64,000 nucleotides of DNA, taken from NCBI GenBank assembly GCA_963749495.1, contig CAVVMW010000012.1, forward strand, positions 64,001 through 128,000, in the 5' to 3' direction. The translations under genes were made by a program, and so were the position numbers. The notes under the pieces were generated by a model. The model was not told the DNA's origin. It saw only the letters and a program-made list of their open reading frames with translations, and did no database searches. This document shows positions 10,883 through 22,112 of the stretch, piece after piece. Origin of the DNA: an uncultured bacterium (GTDB taxonomy: Bacteria; Verrucomicrobiota; Verrucomicrobiia; Limisphaerales; UBA8199). The first letter of the stretch is position 1. The number at the start of each line of letters is the position of its first letter.

Positions 10883-11998
10883 GTGGAACCGTTCTTCATT
10901 GTGGCCGGGGACCTTCACACCGAACGCGCCCAGTACGGGTTGTTGATTCGCTATGAGGATAACCAACGGTGCATTGAAGCCATCCTGCATGATGCCTGTT
11001 CGACCCCGGAATGTTTGGGAGTGATCCTGACCGGGGACACGTTCCACCGGAAGACCCTTCTGCCGAAGTACCAAATCCGCCTTCGGAACACCGCGCAGCG
11101 GCTTCACCGGGAGGGCAAAAAGCTCCTGGCCATCGACGGCAACCATGACGGCAGCGACGCATCCTGGCTCGACACTGTAGACCCGCAGATTAACGCCAAC
11201 GGGCGTATCCTGATGCTGGAGGAGGTGCGCGCCGCGTTTCTGTCGTTCCAGCCGAGGGAGAAGCTCTACGAAAAAATCAAGCAACTGCCGGAGAACACCC
11301 AGTGCCTGTTCTTGCACGGCCGGCTCTTGGAACTGATGGCCTGGGCGGCGCACCAGCAAGAGCCGGAATACGATTTCAGCGCTCGGGAAATGCGGGAAAT
11401 GGGCTTGAAAGATTGCACGGTGTTCATGGGCGACCTGCACACCTACGGCGATTTCCATGACCCGGTCGGGAACAACTGGTTCGTTTACAGCGGTTCAACG
11501 GAGATGACCGAAATCTCGGAAGGCAACGTCATCAGCGATCGTTTCGGCGGGCGCTACGATACGGTGAAGAAATGCCTCCGTTTCTATCCCGGCAGGGAAC
11601 ATGGCAACAATTGGGAGACCGTGGATTTGCCGAACCGTCCTTTCCTCAAACGGGTGATCGGCCCGGAGGAAGATCCCGAGTTGGCGATTCAGTCCGTGAG
11701 CCAGTGGGTGGAATCGCATCCGCAAGGCATCCTGGCGCTGCATTACCCGGAAAAGCTGCGGACACTCCTCAAACCGCACCTGGGCCTTTGGCGCCAGAGG
11801 CTGCTCGTCTTCTTTGACGTGCCGCTCTCCGTGGGGATGGTCCGGCCGTTGCAGGACATGAAGGAAACGGACATTTTGGAAATCGCGCAGAGGGAACTCA
11901 CCGAACGGCAACTCCAGATCCTGACCATTGTCCTGATACAGGATCCTTTCGACAAACCGCTCTCTGAGCTGGTGCAACTTCCAGCGAAGGCCGCATGA
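10883..11998 (+). CDS. sbcD: SbcD/Mre11-like metallophosphoesterase nuclease
   Basis: GDLH, TGD, GNHD, LHG, GDLH, YSGS motifs; ATGA overlap with sbcC-like gene. Confidence 0.85.
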   Translation: MEPFFIVAGDLHTERAQYGLLIRYEDNQRCIEAILHDACSTPECLGVILTGDTFHRKTLLPKYQIRLRNTAQRLHREGKKLLAIDGNHDGSDASWLDTVDPQINANGRILMLEEVRAAFLSFQPREKLYEKIKQLPENTQCLFLHGRLLELMAWAAHQQEPEYDFSAREMREMGLKDCTVFMGDLHTYGDFHDPVGNNWFVYSGSTEMTEISEGNVISDRFGGRYDTVKKCLRFYPGREHGNNWETVDLPNRPFLKRVIGPEEDPELAIQSVSQWVESHPQGILALHYPEKLRTLLKPHLGLWRQRLLVFFDVPLSVGMVRPLQDMKETDILEIAQRELTERQLQILTIVLIQDPFDKPLSELVQLPAKAA

Positions 11999-14784
11999 GA
12001 CTTCTCCGACTCGAGCTCACAAACTGGTGCCAGCATTCCGAACTGGACATCGCCTTTCCCAAAGAACCGCTCATTCACCTGAGCGGCCCTAACAATGGGG
12101 GCAAGAGCAACCTCATCCGGGCGATCGGACGGGTCCTGGCCCAAGGCCGCAGTGAATTCGGCAACGCTTCGGATATCCGGTTCGGAACCAAACAGGCATC
12201 CATCCGGCTGACCGCCCAGACCCATGAGAGCGCGCAGTTCACGCTGTCGCGGACTATCAAGGAACGCCAGTCCAAGGCCATGCTGGAGTTTGATGACAAA
12301 GTGCTGACCAGCGCCGAGGAGATTCAACGCCAGTTGCAGGAATGGTTCGGGCGCCCAGAGACGCTGCTGGAACTGCTCATCGCCCCCCAGGGCCAGATCG
12401 CCAGCCTGATTAAGGAACGCGGCAAGGATCGGCTGACCAAGTTCATCGAGATTTGCGGGTTCAAGGGTTTCCTGCAAAAACAGGCCGCCCTCAACAAGTT
12501 CCAGCGGGCCTACCCCTCCGTCATTGACCCTGGCCCAGTCATGCAGGACGTCGAAGGCAAACTCCACCAAGCCGAGCAAGAGGCGGCCGGAAAGAAAAAC
12601 GCTCTCCGGGTCCTCCCGGACCGGAACGCGCTCCTGGGAGAGTTGACAGAACTTCAGCAAACCAAGGCACTCCGGGAGAGCACAGAGAGAGAACTCGGCG
12701 CCAAGAGAGAGACCCTTGCCAAGACCCAGGCAAAGGCTGGAATGCCGCTGCCGAACCTAGAGGACCTGCAGAACCGAATCCAGACCATCCGCCGCGCGCT
12801 GGCTGGGTGCCAAACCGCATTGCGGCACCAAAAGGCACACAAGGCTCGCCAGGAATTGGAGCAGGCCGCGAAAGACCTGGCCGGGCTCCCGGAAGACAAC
12901 ACCAACTACGGCCAGCAGCTGCAGGAGAACAGTAACGCGCTTCAGACGATGCTCAAGCGCCGGGGTGAAATCGCCCGGGATCGCATGGCCTTGGAGCAGC
13001 TCCGCAAGGAACTCGAAGCACTGGATCGAAGGATTGCCCAAAACCGGGAGACAGTGGCGAACCTCCGACACAGCACCAATTGGTACCGGCTGTCATTGGC
13101 GGATCTTCTCCAGCTCCAGGCCGCCAATCACCAAATGCAGGCCCAGGACCAGACGTTGAATCGGCAGAAGGAAAGACTCGCCCGGCTCGAAAAGGTGCCC
13201 CGCCCATCCGGCGCAATGCTGAAAGCCTGCCAGGCCAGCGAAGCCAAGCTGCAGGAAATCCTCAGCCTCCACCGCCATGCCACCGCTGCCGCCGACACTT
13301 GTCCGCTGTGCCAAAGGGCCTGGGAAGCCGCCGCCGTCATCGAGCGCCGCAGTGAACTCGACGCTCAGGCCGGGGAGTTGCAGCATGACCTGGCCAAGTC
13401 GCAACAGGCTACCACCGAATATCGGGAATGGGTCCAAGCCCAAAGCGAAATCCCCAAGTTGCGCGAACAAGTTCAGAAGGAAGACAGCGCCTGTGCCGAC
13501 AAGCGGCGCGAACTGGCCGCGCAAATGGCCGCATTCGAGTTGCCCGAAGGCGAACTCGTGCAGGTCGGGGTGGTGATCGCCAGCCACCAAAAGGTGCGAG
13601 AGGCTATGAGTCCGCCGCTGCAAGAGGCCCAGGCGTTGCGCGACAAACTCGCGGCCGAGGCGGCCGCTGACCGTGAGCGAGCCGCGGAAGACGGCCGCCT
13701 GGTCCAGGACATGGACAAGGCGAATCAGCGGATCCGCGAATTACTGCAGCAACAGACCGAAGCCGGCCACCGCGCCGCGAAACGCGCCAGATTGAAGCAG
13801 CAAATCGAAACGCTGCAGGCCCAGCTCGCCGAGTTGGAGAAAGACCTTGAGGCCAAGCCGGAGGATTACCAGCCAAATGCAGATTACCCGGCGCTGTGTC
13901 AGGCCCGCGAGCACGAGTTGAATGAGGCCCAGGACGCCTTTCAAAGGGCCAGCCGTGAATGGACAGAGCGTTTTGAGCAGCTGCGGAGCGTCGAAGCCTT
14001 GAAGAGCGAAATCGCCTCCGCGGAGCAAAAGCTCCGGGCGCTTGTCTGGGGCGAGGTCCAGGAAAAAAGGACGGCCCAACTCCAGCAAGCCATTGTTCAA
14101 ATCCAGCAACTCAACGCGGAGATCAACCTGCTTGAGCAACAGGCCGACAAGCTGCGCGCGCAGCTGGAGCAACTGGCGAAGGAAAGGGAACGGTTTGCCC
14201 AGCAAGGCCGCAACCTGGCGGACATGCAGGCGGTCAGCGCGTTTCTCTCGTATGATAACGGCCCGCAGAAATTCTTGACGAGCTTCTTCCAGGAAGCCCT
14301 GAGCCAAACCAACCTGCTCCTCAGCGAGATGGGGCTGCCGCTCAAGCTGCACCTGGGGCCGGACCTGGAGATCGTGGTGGAGGACCGCCATTCCCCGGAA
14401 AGCTCGGCTTTGGCCCTGGGGGGCGGCTATTCCAATCTGGTGGGCATCGCCTTTCGTGTTGCGCTCCAACGCATGATTTTGCCGCGGGTCCATGTGCTCA
14501 TCCTGGACGAGCCCAGCACGCACATCGACGAGGCGAACATGGAGTTATTGATTCCGTTCTTCCAGAAGCTCAAAGAGAACCTCAACCACTACGGCATCGA
14601 GCAATGTTTAATCATCGACCACCATCCGAGCTGGCGTGAGACGACTGCGGCGGTCATTAGCGTGGGAAACAACGGATGTAGCCCTCTGCCCCGGGCGGAG
14701 GGTGGACCTCAGGGCGAATCCAGCGCCGTTGCCGCAGGCGGAGAAGCTCCCAAGCCTTCGGCAGCCCCTGCTGTTGCAGGCTAG
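11995..14784 (+). CDS. sbcC: SbcC/Rad50-like SMC ATPase
   Basis: Walker A GPNNGGKS, Q-loop, long coiled coils, central CPLC zinc hook, LGGG signature, LILDEP. Confidence 0.9.
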   Translation: MRLLRLELTNWCQHSELDIAFPKEPLIHLSGPNNGGKSNLIRAIGRVLAQGRSEFGNASDIRFGTKQASIRLTAQTHESAQFTLSRTIKERQSKAMLEFDDKVLTSAEEIQRQLQEWFGRPETLLELLIAPQGQIASLIKERGKDRLTKFIEICGFKGFLQKQAALNKFQRAYPSVIDPGPVMQDVEGKLHQAEQEAAGKKNALRVLPDRNALLGELTELQQTKALRESTERELGAKRETLAKTQAKAGMPLPNLEDLQNRIQTIRRALAGCQTALRHQKAHKARQELEQAAKDLAGLPEDNTNYGQQLQENSNALQTMLKRRGEIARDRMALEQLRKELEALDRRIAQNRETVANLRHSTNWYRLSLADLLQLQAANHQMQAQDQTLNRQKERLARLEKVPRPSGAMLKACQASEAKLQEILSLHRHATAAADTCPLCQRAWEAAAVIERRSELDAQAGELQHDLAKSQQATTEYREWVQAQSEIPKLREQVQKEDSACADKRRELAAQMAAFELPEGELVQVGVVIASHQKVREAMSPPLQEAQALRDKLAAEAAADRERAAEDGRLVQDMDKANQRIRELLQQQTEAGHRAAKRARLKQQIETLQAQLAELEKDLEAKPEDYQPNADYPALCQAREHELNEAQDAFQRASREWTERFEQLRSVEALKSEIASAEQKLRALVWGEVQEKRTAQLQQAIVQIQQLNAEINLLEQQADKLRAQLEQLAKERERFAQQGRNLADMQAVSAFLSYDNGPQKFLTSFFQEALSQTNLLLSEMGLPLKLHLGPDLEIVVEDRHSPESSALALGGGYSNLVGIAFRVALQRMILPRVHVLILDEPSTHIDEANMELLIPFFQKLKENLNHYGIEQCLIIDHHPSWRETTAAVISVGNNGCSPLPRAEGGPQGESSAVAAGGEAPKPSAAPAVAG

Positions 14785-14952
14785 CCGTCTCTCAGGAGGC
14801 GCCATCCGGTGCGCGGAAGCCTCGGATCTTCTTTAAGATTGAGGTCGATCACGGTGTTCGTGGCCATGGAACCATTATAGCCCCCTTGAAGGCGCTCCTG
14901 CGTTGCTCCCCCCGCCAAAGTTGCGCGGAAGGACCCTATAATGTGGAAAACA

Positions 14953-17178
14953 ATGATGGAAACCGAAGTGGCCGCCACAGAGGACGCAGCACGCTTGATC
15001 GCGACGCCGGGGCTGCAGCAATTGCTTGACCGATTTGCCCAGGAGCATTTCCTGCGATTTGAGGAGCGCGTTGCGAACCTGTTCGAGTTCCTGACCTCGA
15101 ACACCATCCGATCCACCGACGAGAGCTTTCTGGGGGAGGAGGACCTGACCGCCTTCATTGCCGAGGCCGTGGATCTGCCGTTCCTGACGAACAGCCACAT
15201 TGGCGCCTCGGCGGCGCTCTTTGCCCGCTGCCAGGCGCTGGGCTTCCAGAGAGCGCCCGGCGGACACGTTCCCGTCGCGGCACAGGGGCCGGGCCTGCTT
15301 TTGGCGCATTACGACCCGTACGTTCCTCTGCCTGGATGCTTCCACAAGGAAAACGTCCAGTTGGTCGTCTGCACCTGGAGCGCCTTTCAAAAACTGGCGG
15401 AGCTGTGGGAACAGCGCTACCCTGGTCCGTCGGCCGACGCCTATGTCGCCGACAACCATCCGCCCCCGGCCGCGCCCAGGGAATGGGCAGAGTGGCAAAC
15501 GGCGCACAACGCCTTGACGGAAGACGAGCAAACAGTCCTGCAGAAAATCAAGGAATCAGACAGCTTCCCAGCAGTCGCGCCGGAGTGGGAATACTGGTTT
15601 TCCCGCAAGAGCAAAGGGCAGCCCTGCATCTGCCTGGACATCGTTGACGTGCCGCAGGAATCCAAGCGCGTAGCCTCCGCCGCGCTCAAAGCGGTCGAAG
15701 CGGTCATCCTGTTTGAGAACCACCGATCGATGCAATTGGGATATGTGCTCAATTGGGACAATTTCAACAGTGTCGAGACGGTGGCCGAACAGGTCCGCCG
15801 CCAGGGGTTAACGGTGCAGCTTTTGCCCATTCTGCAGCGGGATTACAATCACTTCCTGGAGGAGCAGGTCAACAAGACCATTCAGCTGTCCAAATACATC
15901 AAGCAGGAGGACGATCTCCCCGACAGTGCGGTGGACAGCATTGATCCCGCGCAGTTTACCGACGAGCAGTTGGACCCGCAGACCGTGAAGATCAAAACGA
16001 TTGCCGAGGCGGCTCTTTTTGCCGCCTACAAACGCGGCGCCTCTGACATTCTGATCGAGCCTCAAACCAACGATTACCGAATCCGTTTCACTATCAACGG
16101 CATCAACACCGCCTTTTTCGAAGGGATGCCCAAGCAGTATGGCTCCAACATCGTGCTGCATCTCAAGGTCCGGGCGGGCATGAGCATTACCGAGAAGCGT
16201 CTGCCGCAGGACGGCAAGATTACCCTCAACATCCGCGGCACGCCGGTTGAAATCCGCGCGGCCACCATGCCGGTCCTGGACAGCCAGGAGGAGAAGATCA
16301 CGCTGCGCCTGCTGAGCTCCACGGTCCGCTTTCCCAATCTCGACAAACTGGGCATGCGCCAGGGTCATTTGCAACTGGTGCGCCGGGCGCTCGGCATGGC
16401 CAACGGCATCATCATCGTGACTGGCCCCACCGGTTCAGGCAAAACAACGACTCTATACTCCGCCGTCCAGGAGATGGACCGGGAACGGCTGAGCATCGTG
16501 AGCCTGGAGGACCCGATTGAAATATTTGTGCCCGGCATCAGCCAGACCCAGGTCAACGATGCCATTGGCCTGACTTTCGCGCGGGGTCTGAGGGCGTTGC
16601 TCCGCCAGGCGCCGCAGGTCATTTTGGTAGGCGAGGTGCGCGACAAGGAGCTGGCAAGTATTGCCGTGCAAGCGGCAAACACCGGCCACTTGGTGTTGAC
16701 GACCCTGCACACGAATTCCGCGGTCGGCACCTTTGACCGGCTGCAAGCCCTCGGTGTGGAAGCGCGCCAGATAGCCGATGCGGTCCGTCTGATTCTGGCG
16801 CAGCGCCTTGTCCCGCGCCTCTGTCCGGTTTGCCGGAAGAACCGGAAGCCTACCGAACTGGAGATCCTGCGCATTCGCAAACAGAGCGGCGTGCAGCTCA
16901 ATCCGGGCATCTATCACGCCAACACCCTTGGCTGCCGCAATTGCCACAAAGGTTATACCGGCCGGCGCATTATCACCGAGGTGATCCCCGTGAACGCCGC
17001 GATGCGGGAACTGCTGCTGAAGGGGCAGACGCACAGCGAAATCGTGCGCCACGCTGAAAAGGCGTTCGGATTCCGGCCTATCCTCGTGCAGGCCATGGAG
17101 CTGGTGAATGAAGGACAGGTTGATCTCAAGGACGCTCAGAAGCTGTTTCTGGATTTCGAGGAAGACGACCGCAAATAA
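14953..17178 (+). CDS. pilB: PilB/GspE-family assembly ATPase
   Basis: ASDILIEP, RLPQDG, GPTGSGKTTT, LEDPIE, LVGEVRD, GHLVLTTLHTN, two CxxC; start set at ATG 14953, downstream of a TATAAT. Confidence 0.9.
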   Translation: MMETEVAATEDAARLIATPGLQQLLDRFAQEHFLRFEERVANLFEFLTSNTIRSTDESFLGEEDLTAFIAEAVDLPFLTNSHIGASAALFARCQALGFQRAPGGHVPVAAQGPGLLLAHYDPYVPLPGCFHKENVQLVVCTWSAFQKLAELWEQRYPGPSADAYVADNHPPPAAPREWAEWQTAHNALTEDEQTVLQKIKESDSFPAVAPEWEYWFSRKSKGQPCICLDIVDVPQESKRVASAALKAVEAVILFENHRSMQLGYVLNWDNFNSVETVAEQVRRQGLTVQLLPILQRDYNHFLEEQVNKTIQLSKYIKQEDDLPDSAVDSIDPAQFTDEQLDPQTVKIKTIAEAALFAAYKRGASDILIEPQTNDYRIRFTINGINTAFFEGMPKQYGSNIVLHLKVRAGMSITEKRLPQDGKITLNIRGTPVEIRAATMPVLDSQEEKITLRLLSSTVRFPNLDKLGMRQGHLQLVRRALGMANGIIIVTGPTGSGKTTTLYSAVQEMDRERLSIVSLEDPIEIFVPGISQTQVNDAIGLTFARGLRALLRQAPQVILVGEVRDKELASIAVQAANTGHLVLTTLHTNSAVGTFDRLQALGVEARQIADAVRLILAQRLVPRLCPVCRKNRKPTELEILRIRKQSGVQLNPGIYHANTLGCRNCHKGYTGRRIITEVIPVNAAMRELLLKGQTHSEIVRHAEKAFGFRPILVQAMELVNEGQVDLKDAQKLFLDFEEDDRK

Positions 17179-17225
17179 GCCGGGCGGAAGCAATGAACGC
17201 ATCAAAAAGGCCCTACAATGGGAGG

Positions 17226-19482
17226 ATGACTCGATTCCTTGCCGACGCGAATATGAGAAGATTGACCACTTTCTGCCTGTGTCTGATGGGGGGCGGCCCT
17301 GCCGGCGCAACCGGGTGCCCTGTCACGGCCCGAACTCGACCATACCGCCGCTGTGGAGATGACGCCCGCAGCGCCGAGCCAATCGGATAAGACCAGACTG
17401 CCGTTCACGACCGACACCCAAGTGCGCGTAGTGGGATTGTACGAACCGGTCGCGACGAGCAATTCCGTTCCAACGGCCGCTTCAGAGAACCCGGAGGCGC
17501 CCTATCTCGCCATCGAAGGCGTGCCGCTGCGGTCGGTGTTCAGGCTGCTGGCGCGCCGGGCCGGGCTCAACTATCTGGAGCCCCAGGCAGACCAACTGCC
17601 GGAGGAGGACATTACGCTGCGCATGACCGAACCCAAGCCAATGGACCTGCTCGCCTTTCTGCTGAAGCACCGCGGGCTGGAGCTTCACGACGCGGGCACC
17701 GGCCTCTTCACCATCCGCAAGTACACCAACCAGGTGGCCTTCTACAAATTCAAGCTGAAGGACAACTTCATCAACCGGTTCAAGGGCAGTGCCCAGAGCG
17801 CCCCCACCGGTGGCGGCGGGTATGCGGGCGGCTACGGCGGCGGCAACGCGGTTTCGGCCAATGCGGGATCCATCACCGTGGAGAACGGAGGGAAATACGG
17901 CGAAATCGAGTCGTTGCTGGAGAAAGTCGCCAACTCGGGCGACAACAAGAACAACAAGGTTTGGTACTACGAGGAAAAGCAACAGGTCCTGCTCTGCGGC
18001 ACCCGGCAGGCGGCGGAACGGATTTCCAAGTACCTGGAAATCGCCAACACCAAGAACCCGAATATCCGGATTAACGTCCGTATCTTTTCCACGAGCTCCA
18101 ATCCGATGAGCCGGATGGGGGTGGATTGGGCCAACATGCTGTCTCCCGGGCTCACCTTCGGGCTGATGCCACCGGGCACAACGGTTTCCGGCGGCGGCAC
18201 CAACTCGTTCGCGGCCATGAACTCGCTCAAACAACTGGGGTCGGCCTTCGGCAACCCGATGGGTTCCATCGTGCTGCGCAATGACCTGTCCGCCACCCTC
18301 AACTTCTTCGTCAACGACCAGAAGGGCGAGACCGTGGCGCAGCCCTCGACCATTACCGCCAACGGGCGCGAGGCGGCCTTCGCGGCGACCCAGCAGATTC
18401 CCTACATTTCGGGGAGCTCTGTTGCCGGGGGCTTGTATAACGGAGCCGCGGGCGTGGGCTACGATAACACGTCCTTCGTCAACGTGGGCACCACCATCAA
18501 CATCCTGCCGCGCATCCAGGACGGCAACCGCCTCAAACTCGGCACCGCCATCAGCGTCAGCCAACTCGACCAGTTCGTGACCGTTTCATCCGGCACGCAG
18601 GGCACACCGCCCCGGCAGGTGCCGCAAACCTCCGGGCGGGCGTTCAACGGAGAATTCACGCTCAACAGCGCCGATACCGTGGTCATCGCCGGCCTGCGCA
18701 CCTCCACGTCCAGCAAAAGCCGGAACAAGGTCCCTTACCTGGGCGACATTCCCGGACTGGGCAAACTGTTCCGCAACGAAGCGGACACGAAGAACGTCAA
18801 CTACCTGACCATCTTCATCACCGCCACCGTCCTCGACGACAACAACAACCCCCGCATTCCGGAAGGGAAACTGAAGATCGAAGACAGCCAGCCCGACGAC
18901 GAGTCCACTTTGTCCGCCGAGGCCAACTCCAGCTTCCTGCTGCGCAAGGGTGAATGGGCCGACAAAGCCCTGATTCACGCCAAGAAAGAGGCCCTCGAAC
19001 TTCGCACCGAGCAAGCCAACCAAATCATCGCCCACCGGCTACAAACAGAGAGCCAATGCCAGGACCTGGCGCAAGCGGCCGCCTCCAAGGCCGCCGAGGT
19101 CCAGGAGTTGGAGCAGGGAAAGAAACGCCGCACTTCCCTGGAGCGTGAAGGCGCGATCGACGCCATCGCGGCATCCGAAGTTGAAACGAAACTTTCCAAA
19201 GCCAAGGCAGAGCACACGCAGTTGCTTAAGCAGCTCCAGGAGACCCGCGATTGCCTCGAAAAGCTCAAGGTTGACGAAGAGTCGGCCAGGAGCGCCGTCG
19301 AACGTGCCGAAGACGATTACACCGAGTCCTTGAGAGGGGGGCTCACGCCTGAACCGTCCAGGGCGCAGACCCCATCGCCGACTCCGAAAGCTGCGGGACC
19401 TGCAAGAAAAACGGCACCGGACAAAAACGGCGGAGCCGATGCGCTCAAGCAGAGTGCCGACCTTCTGGATCAGTTGAACTAG
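17226..19482 (+). CDS. pilQ: PilQ/GspD-family secretin (frameshifted signal peptide region; C-terminal coiled-coil extension)
   Basis: NVGTTINILPRI, VVIAGL, KVPYLGDIPGLGKLFR, LTIFITATVL in ORF 17353-19482; out-of-frame signal peptide upstream. Confidence 0.85.
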
Positions 19483-19486
19483 CACC

Positions 19487-20086
19487 ATGAACGCGAATGG
19501 ACCACGAATCAGCGGCCTTGAGGCCCCGGAAGCCGCAGCCGGGACCCAAAGTGCGCCGGAATCAGTTGCTGCGAGTGCGGCGGCGGAACTCCCAAGGACG
19601 GAGGCCCCTCGTAACAAGATGCCGCTGAGAACCATTGGCCTCCTGGCCGCGATACTTATGGCCGCAGCGGCCAGCGGGTACGCGTGCGTCCTGCAACAGA
19701 AGGTCGAAGCATTGAGGACGCAGTTGGTCCGGACCCAGGCCGGGGTCCAGGCCGCATTGGGCACGCTCAACGACCTGCGAATCCCGAAGGACGTGTCCGC
19801 CGATCTCGCCAGCCTGGAGGCTACCGTCAACAAGTTCAAGGCAGCCAGCGAGGCGCGGCAGAAGACCCTCGATGACGGAATCAAGCAGGTCCCCGCTCTG
19901 GAGAGCAAGCTTACCGGACAAGCCAACGCCCTGGCATCAAAGCAGGCCCAGATGGAGCAAAGCCTGAAATCGTTCCAGGAAAAGAGCGAGGGCCGAATGG
20001 CCACAATCATCACCGTGCTGAAGAACCAGGACAAGATCTTGCGCCAGCTCGTGGGAGGGAAGACTGAACCCGGCAAGGAGCAATGA
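19487..20086 (+). CDS. Single-TM coiled-coil hypothetical protein
   Basis: TM segment IGLLAAILMAAAASGY then heptad repeats; operonic. Confidence 0.7.
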   Translation: MNANGPRISGLEAPEAAAGTQSAPESVAASAAAELPRTEAPRNKMPLRTIGLLAAILMAAAASGYACVLQQKVEALRTQLVRTQAGVQAALGTLNDLRIPKDVSADLASLEATVNKFKAASEARQKTLDDGIKQVPALESKLTGQANALASKQAQMEQSLKSFQEKSEGRMATIITVLKNQDKILRQLVGGKTEPGKEQ

Positions 20087-21425
20087 GCCCCGAAACCGAC
20101 ATCATTGATGCAGAGGAGACTCTCGGCGAAGCTGACGAGCTGGAACAGAATCCGCCACGCGGTGAGACTGCGCTTGATGCCTACTTCGCCACGCTCGAAA
20201 GCCGTCCAAAGATCGCCCCCAAGCGCCAGGTCGAGATGGCGGCCGAATTGCGCGAAGAGATCGCCGCCTCCCGGGACATCCTCGATCAGATTCCCGGGAA
20301 AGTCATTCCACTGACCAGAGTGCTGCGACAAGTTTTGGAAGGGGAACGATTGGAGAATTTCCTGGTGCTGGCTGGCGAAAGAAGGGAAAAGTGCAGCGGA
20401 GCGGCTCCATTGACCGTTATGAGTTCTTCAGGGGCCTGGGCGAGCGGGCGGCTTTGAAGAACCCCCGGCTGGTGGATTGGAGCATCCGGCCCAACTTGAT
20501 CCTGGCCTGGAGCCGCGACTTCATCCGGATGCATGATGAGCTGCCGCAACGCCCTTGGATCAGCCGCATCATTCCATCCAGGCGGCGTTCGAGCGCCGAC
20601 CTGGCGCGCTGGGCCGAAGCGGTGAGGCAGGTCGAATCCGATACCGGCCTGCGAATCAATGAATTCGCACACTGCGTCCAACGCCTCAGACCCCATGCCG
20701 AGAAGGCCGACTCTCTCTTCACGGCCTTGACGGAGTGCAATCTCAAACTGGTGATCCACATTGCCAAGAGGTTCCAGAATCGCGGGCTGTCCCTGGGGGA
20801 TCTGATTCAGGAAGGCAACCTCGGCCTGATGAAGGGCATCGAGCGATTTGACCCGGAAAAGGGCTTCAACCTTTCAACTTACGTCGTCTGCTGGATCAAG
20901 CAGAGCGTCATGCGCGCGCTGGTGATGCAGGGCAACCTGGTGCGGTTCCCGCAGGCGATCCACGAGCTGCTGCGCGACATCGAGAAGCTCCGGGAAGCAG
21001 CGGTGAACGAGGGGAAACCGGAGCCGACCATGAGCGAGTTGGCCGAGAAGCTCAAGGCCTCCCCCGACAACATTGAAAGGGCGCTGTTCATGCACCGAGT
21101 CAGCAGCCTCCAACAACGGACCGGAGAACGCGCGCAAGACGCGCTCGAGCAGGCGCTGGTGGGCGACAATGGCATCGCCCTGGACGAAAGCGAAGCCCTC
21201 CGGGAGGCCATGGCGCAGCTGCTCAGGAACCTTGCGCCCAAGGAGAGACGGGTCCTGCGGCTTCGCTACGGCCTGTCCAGGGGATACGCCAGAACCATCG
21301 AAGAGGTTGCCGCCAGTCTCAAGCTCACCCGGGACAGGGTCCGCCAAATCGAAGCCAAAGCCATCGGCAAGATGCGTTCCGATCCGGCGATCCAGAGCCA
21401 AAAGTGCCGGTTCCTTGGGGTTTGA
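20083..21425 (+). CDS. RpoD/SigA-like sigma-70 factor (frameshift near 20390)
   Basis: Region 1.2 ALDAYF; NLKLVIHIAKRF, DLIQEGNLGLMKGIERFD, STYVVCWIKQ; region 4 RDRVRQIEAKAIGKMR. Confidence 0.9.
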
Positions 21426-22112
21426 GTCGCCGGCTGGAATGGCTCGGGCTTAGGGAGAGGGATGATTTTACGCGTCATCGCCCGCGGGGATTTCAGCGCG
21501 GCTCAGGTTCAACGGCCGTTTGAGGGCCTCCAGGTTGACGTGTCTTGCGAGGCAGAAGCCTTCGAAGCGTTCCCCAAGCGCGCGGGCACGGATCTGCGCC
21601 TTGCGACTGCGGATCTTCGCCTGGTGGATTCGTTTTAATCCACGGGACTGCTTGCGCTTTGCGCTCGGCCCCATGGACAGAACTCTGTCATGCATTGGCG
21701 CTTTCTGCAATCTCCATTTCGTGGTTCAAGGCCGGAACGAGATTCTGGTAAACATGGAAAGCACGCTCCAGTAGGAGTTCGTCGGGTGCTTTGGCCGATA
21801 CCCTGCGGTGTGAAAACGGGAATCCGGGGTCAGATCACCGCAAGGCGTTGGCCATCGACTGCCTGCGCTGGCTTTTGGTGCTCTGGGCGGAGCCCCGCCC
21901 TGGGCCCCTTCTTCAGCCCGCGGACGCCCACTCCGACGGGCATCAGCGAGGTGAGGCCGTTGGGGAAAAGCATCGAGTGGGCCACCCCGGCGGGCGCGCA
22001 CGCCATCGAGACATTCCACCACCGACCCAAAGTTGAACCAGGGAACCTCGCCTTGGGAGACCAGATAGTCTTACCGTTCCTAAACTATAGCATTCTATTA
22101 CCGCGGCGGGTA

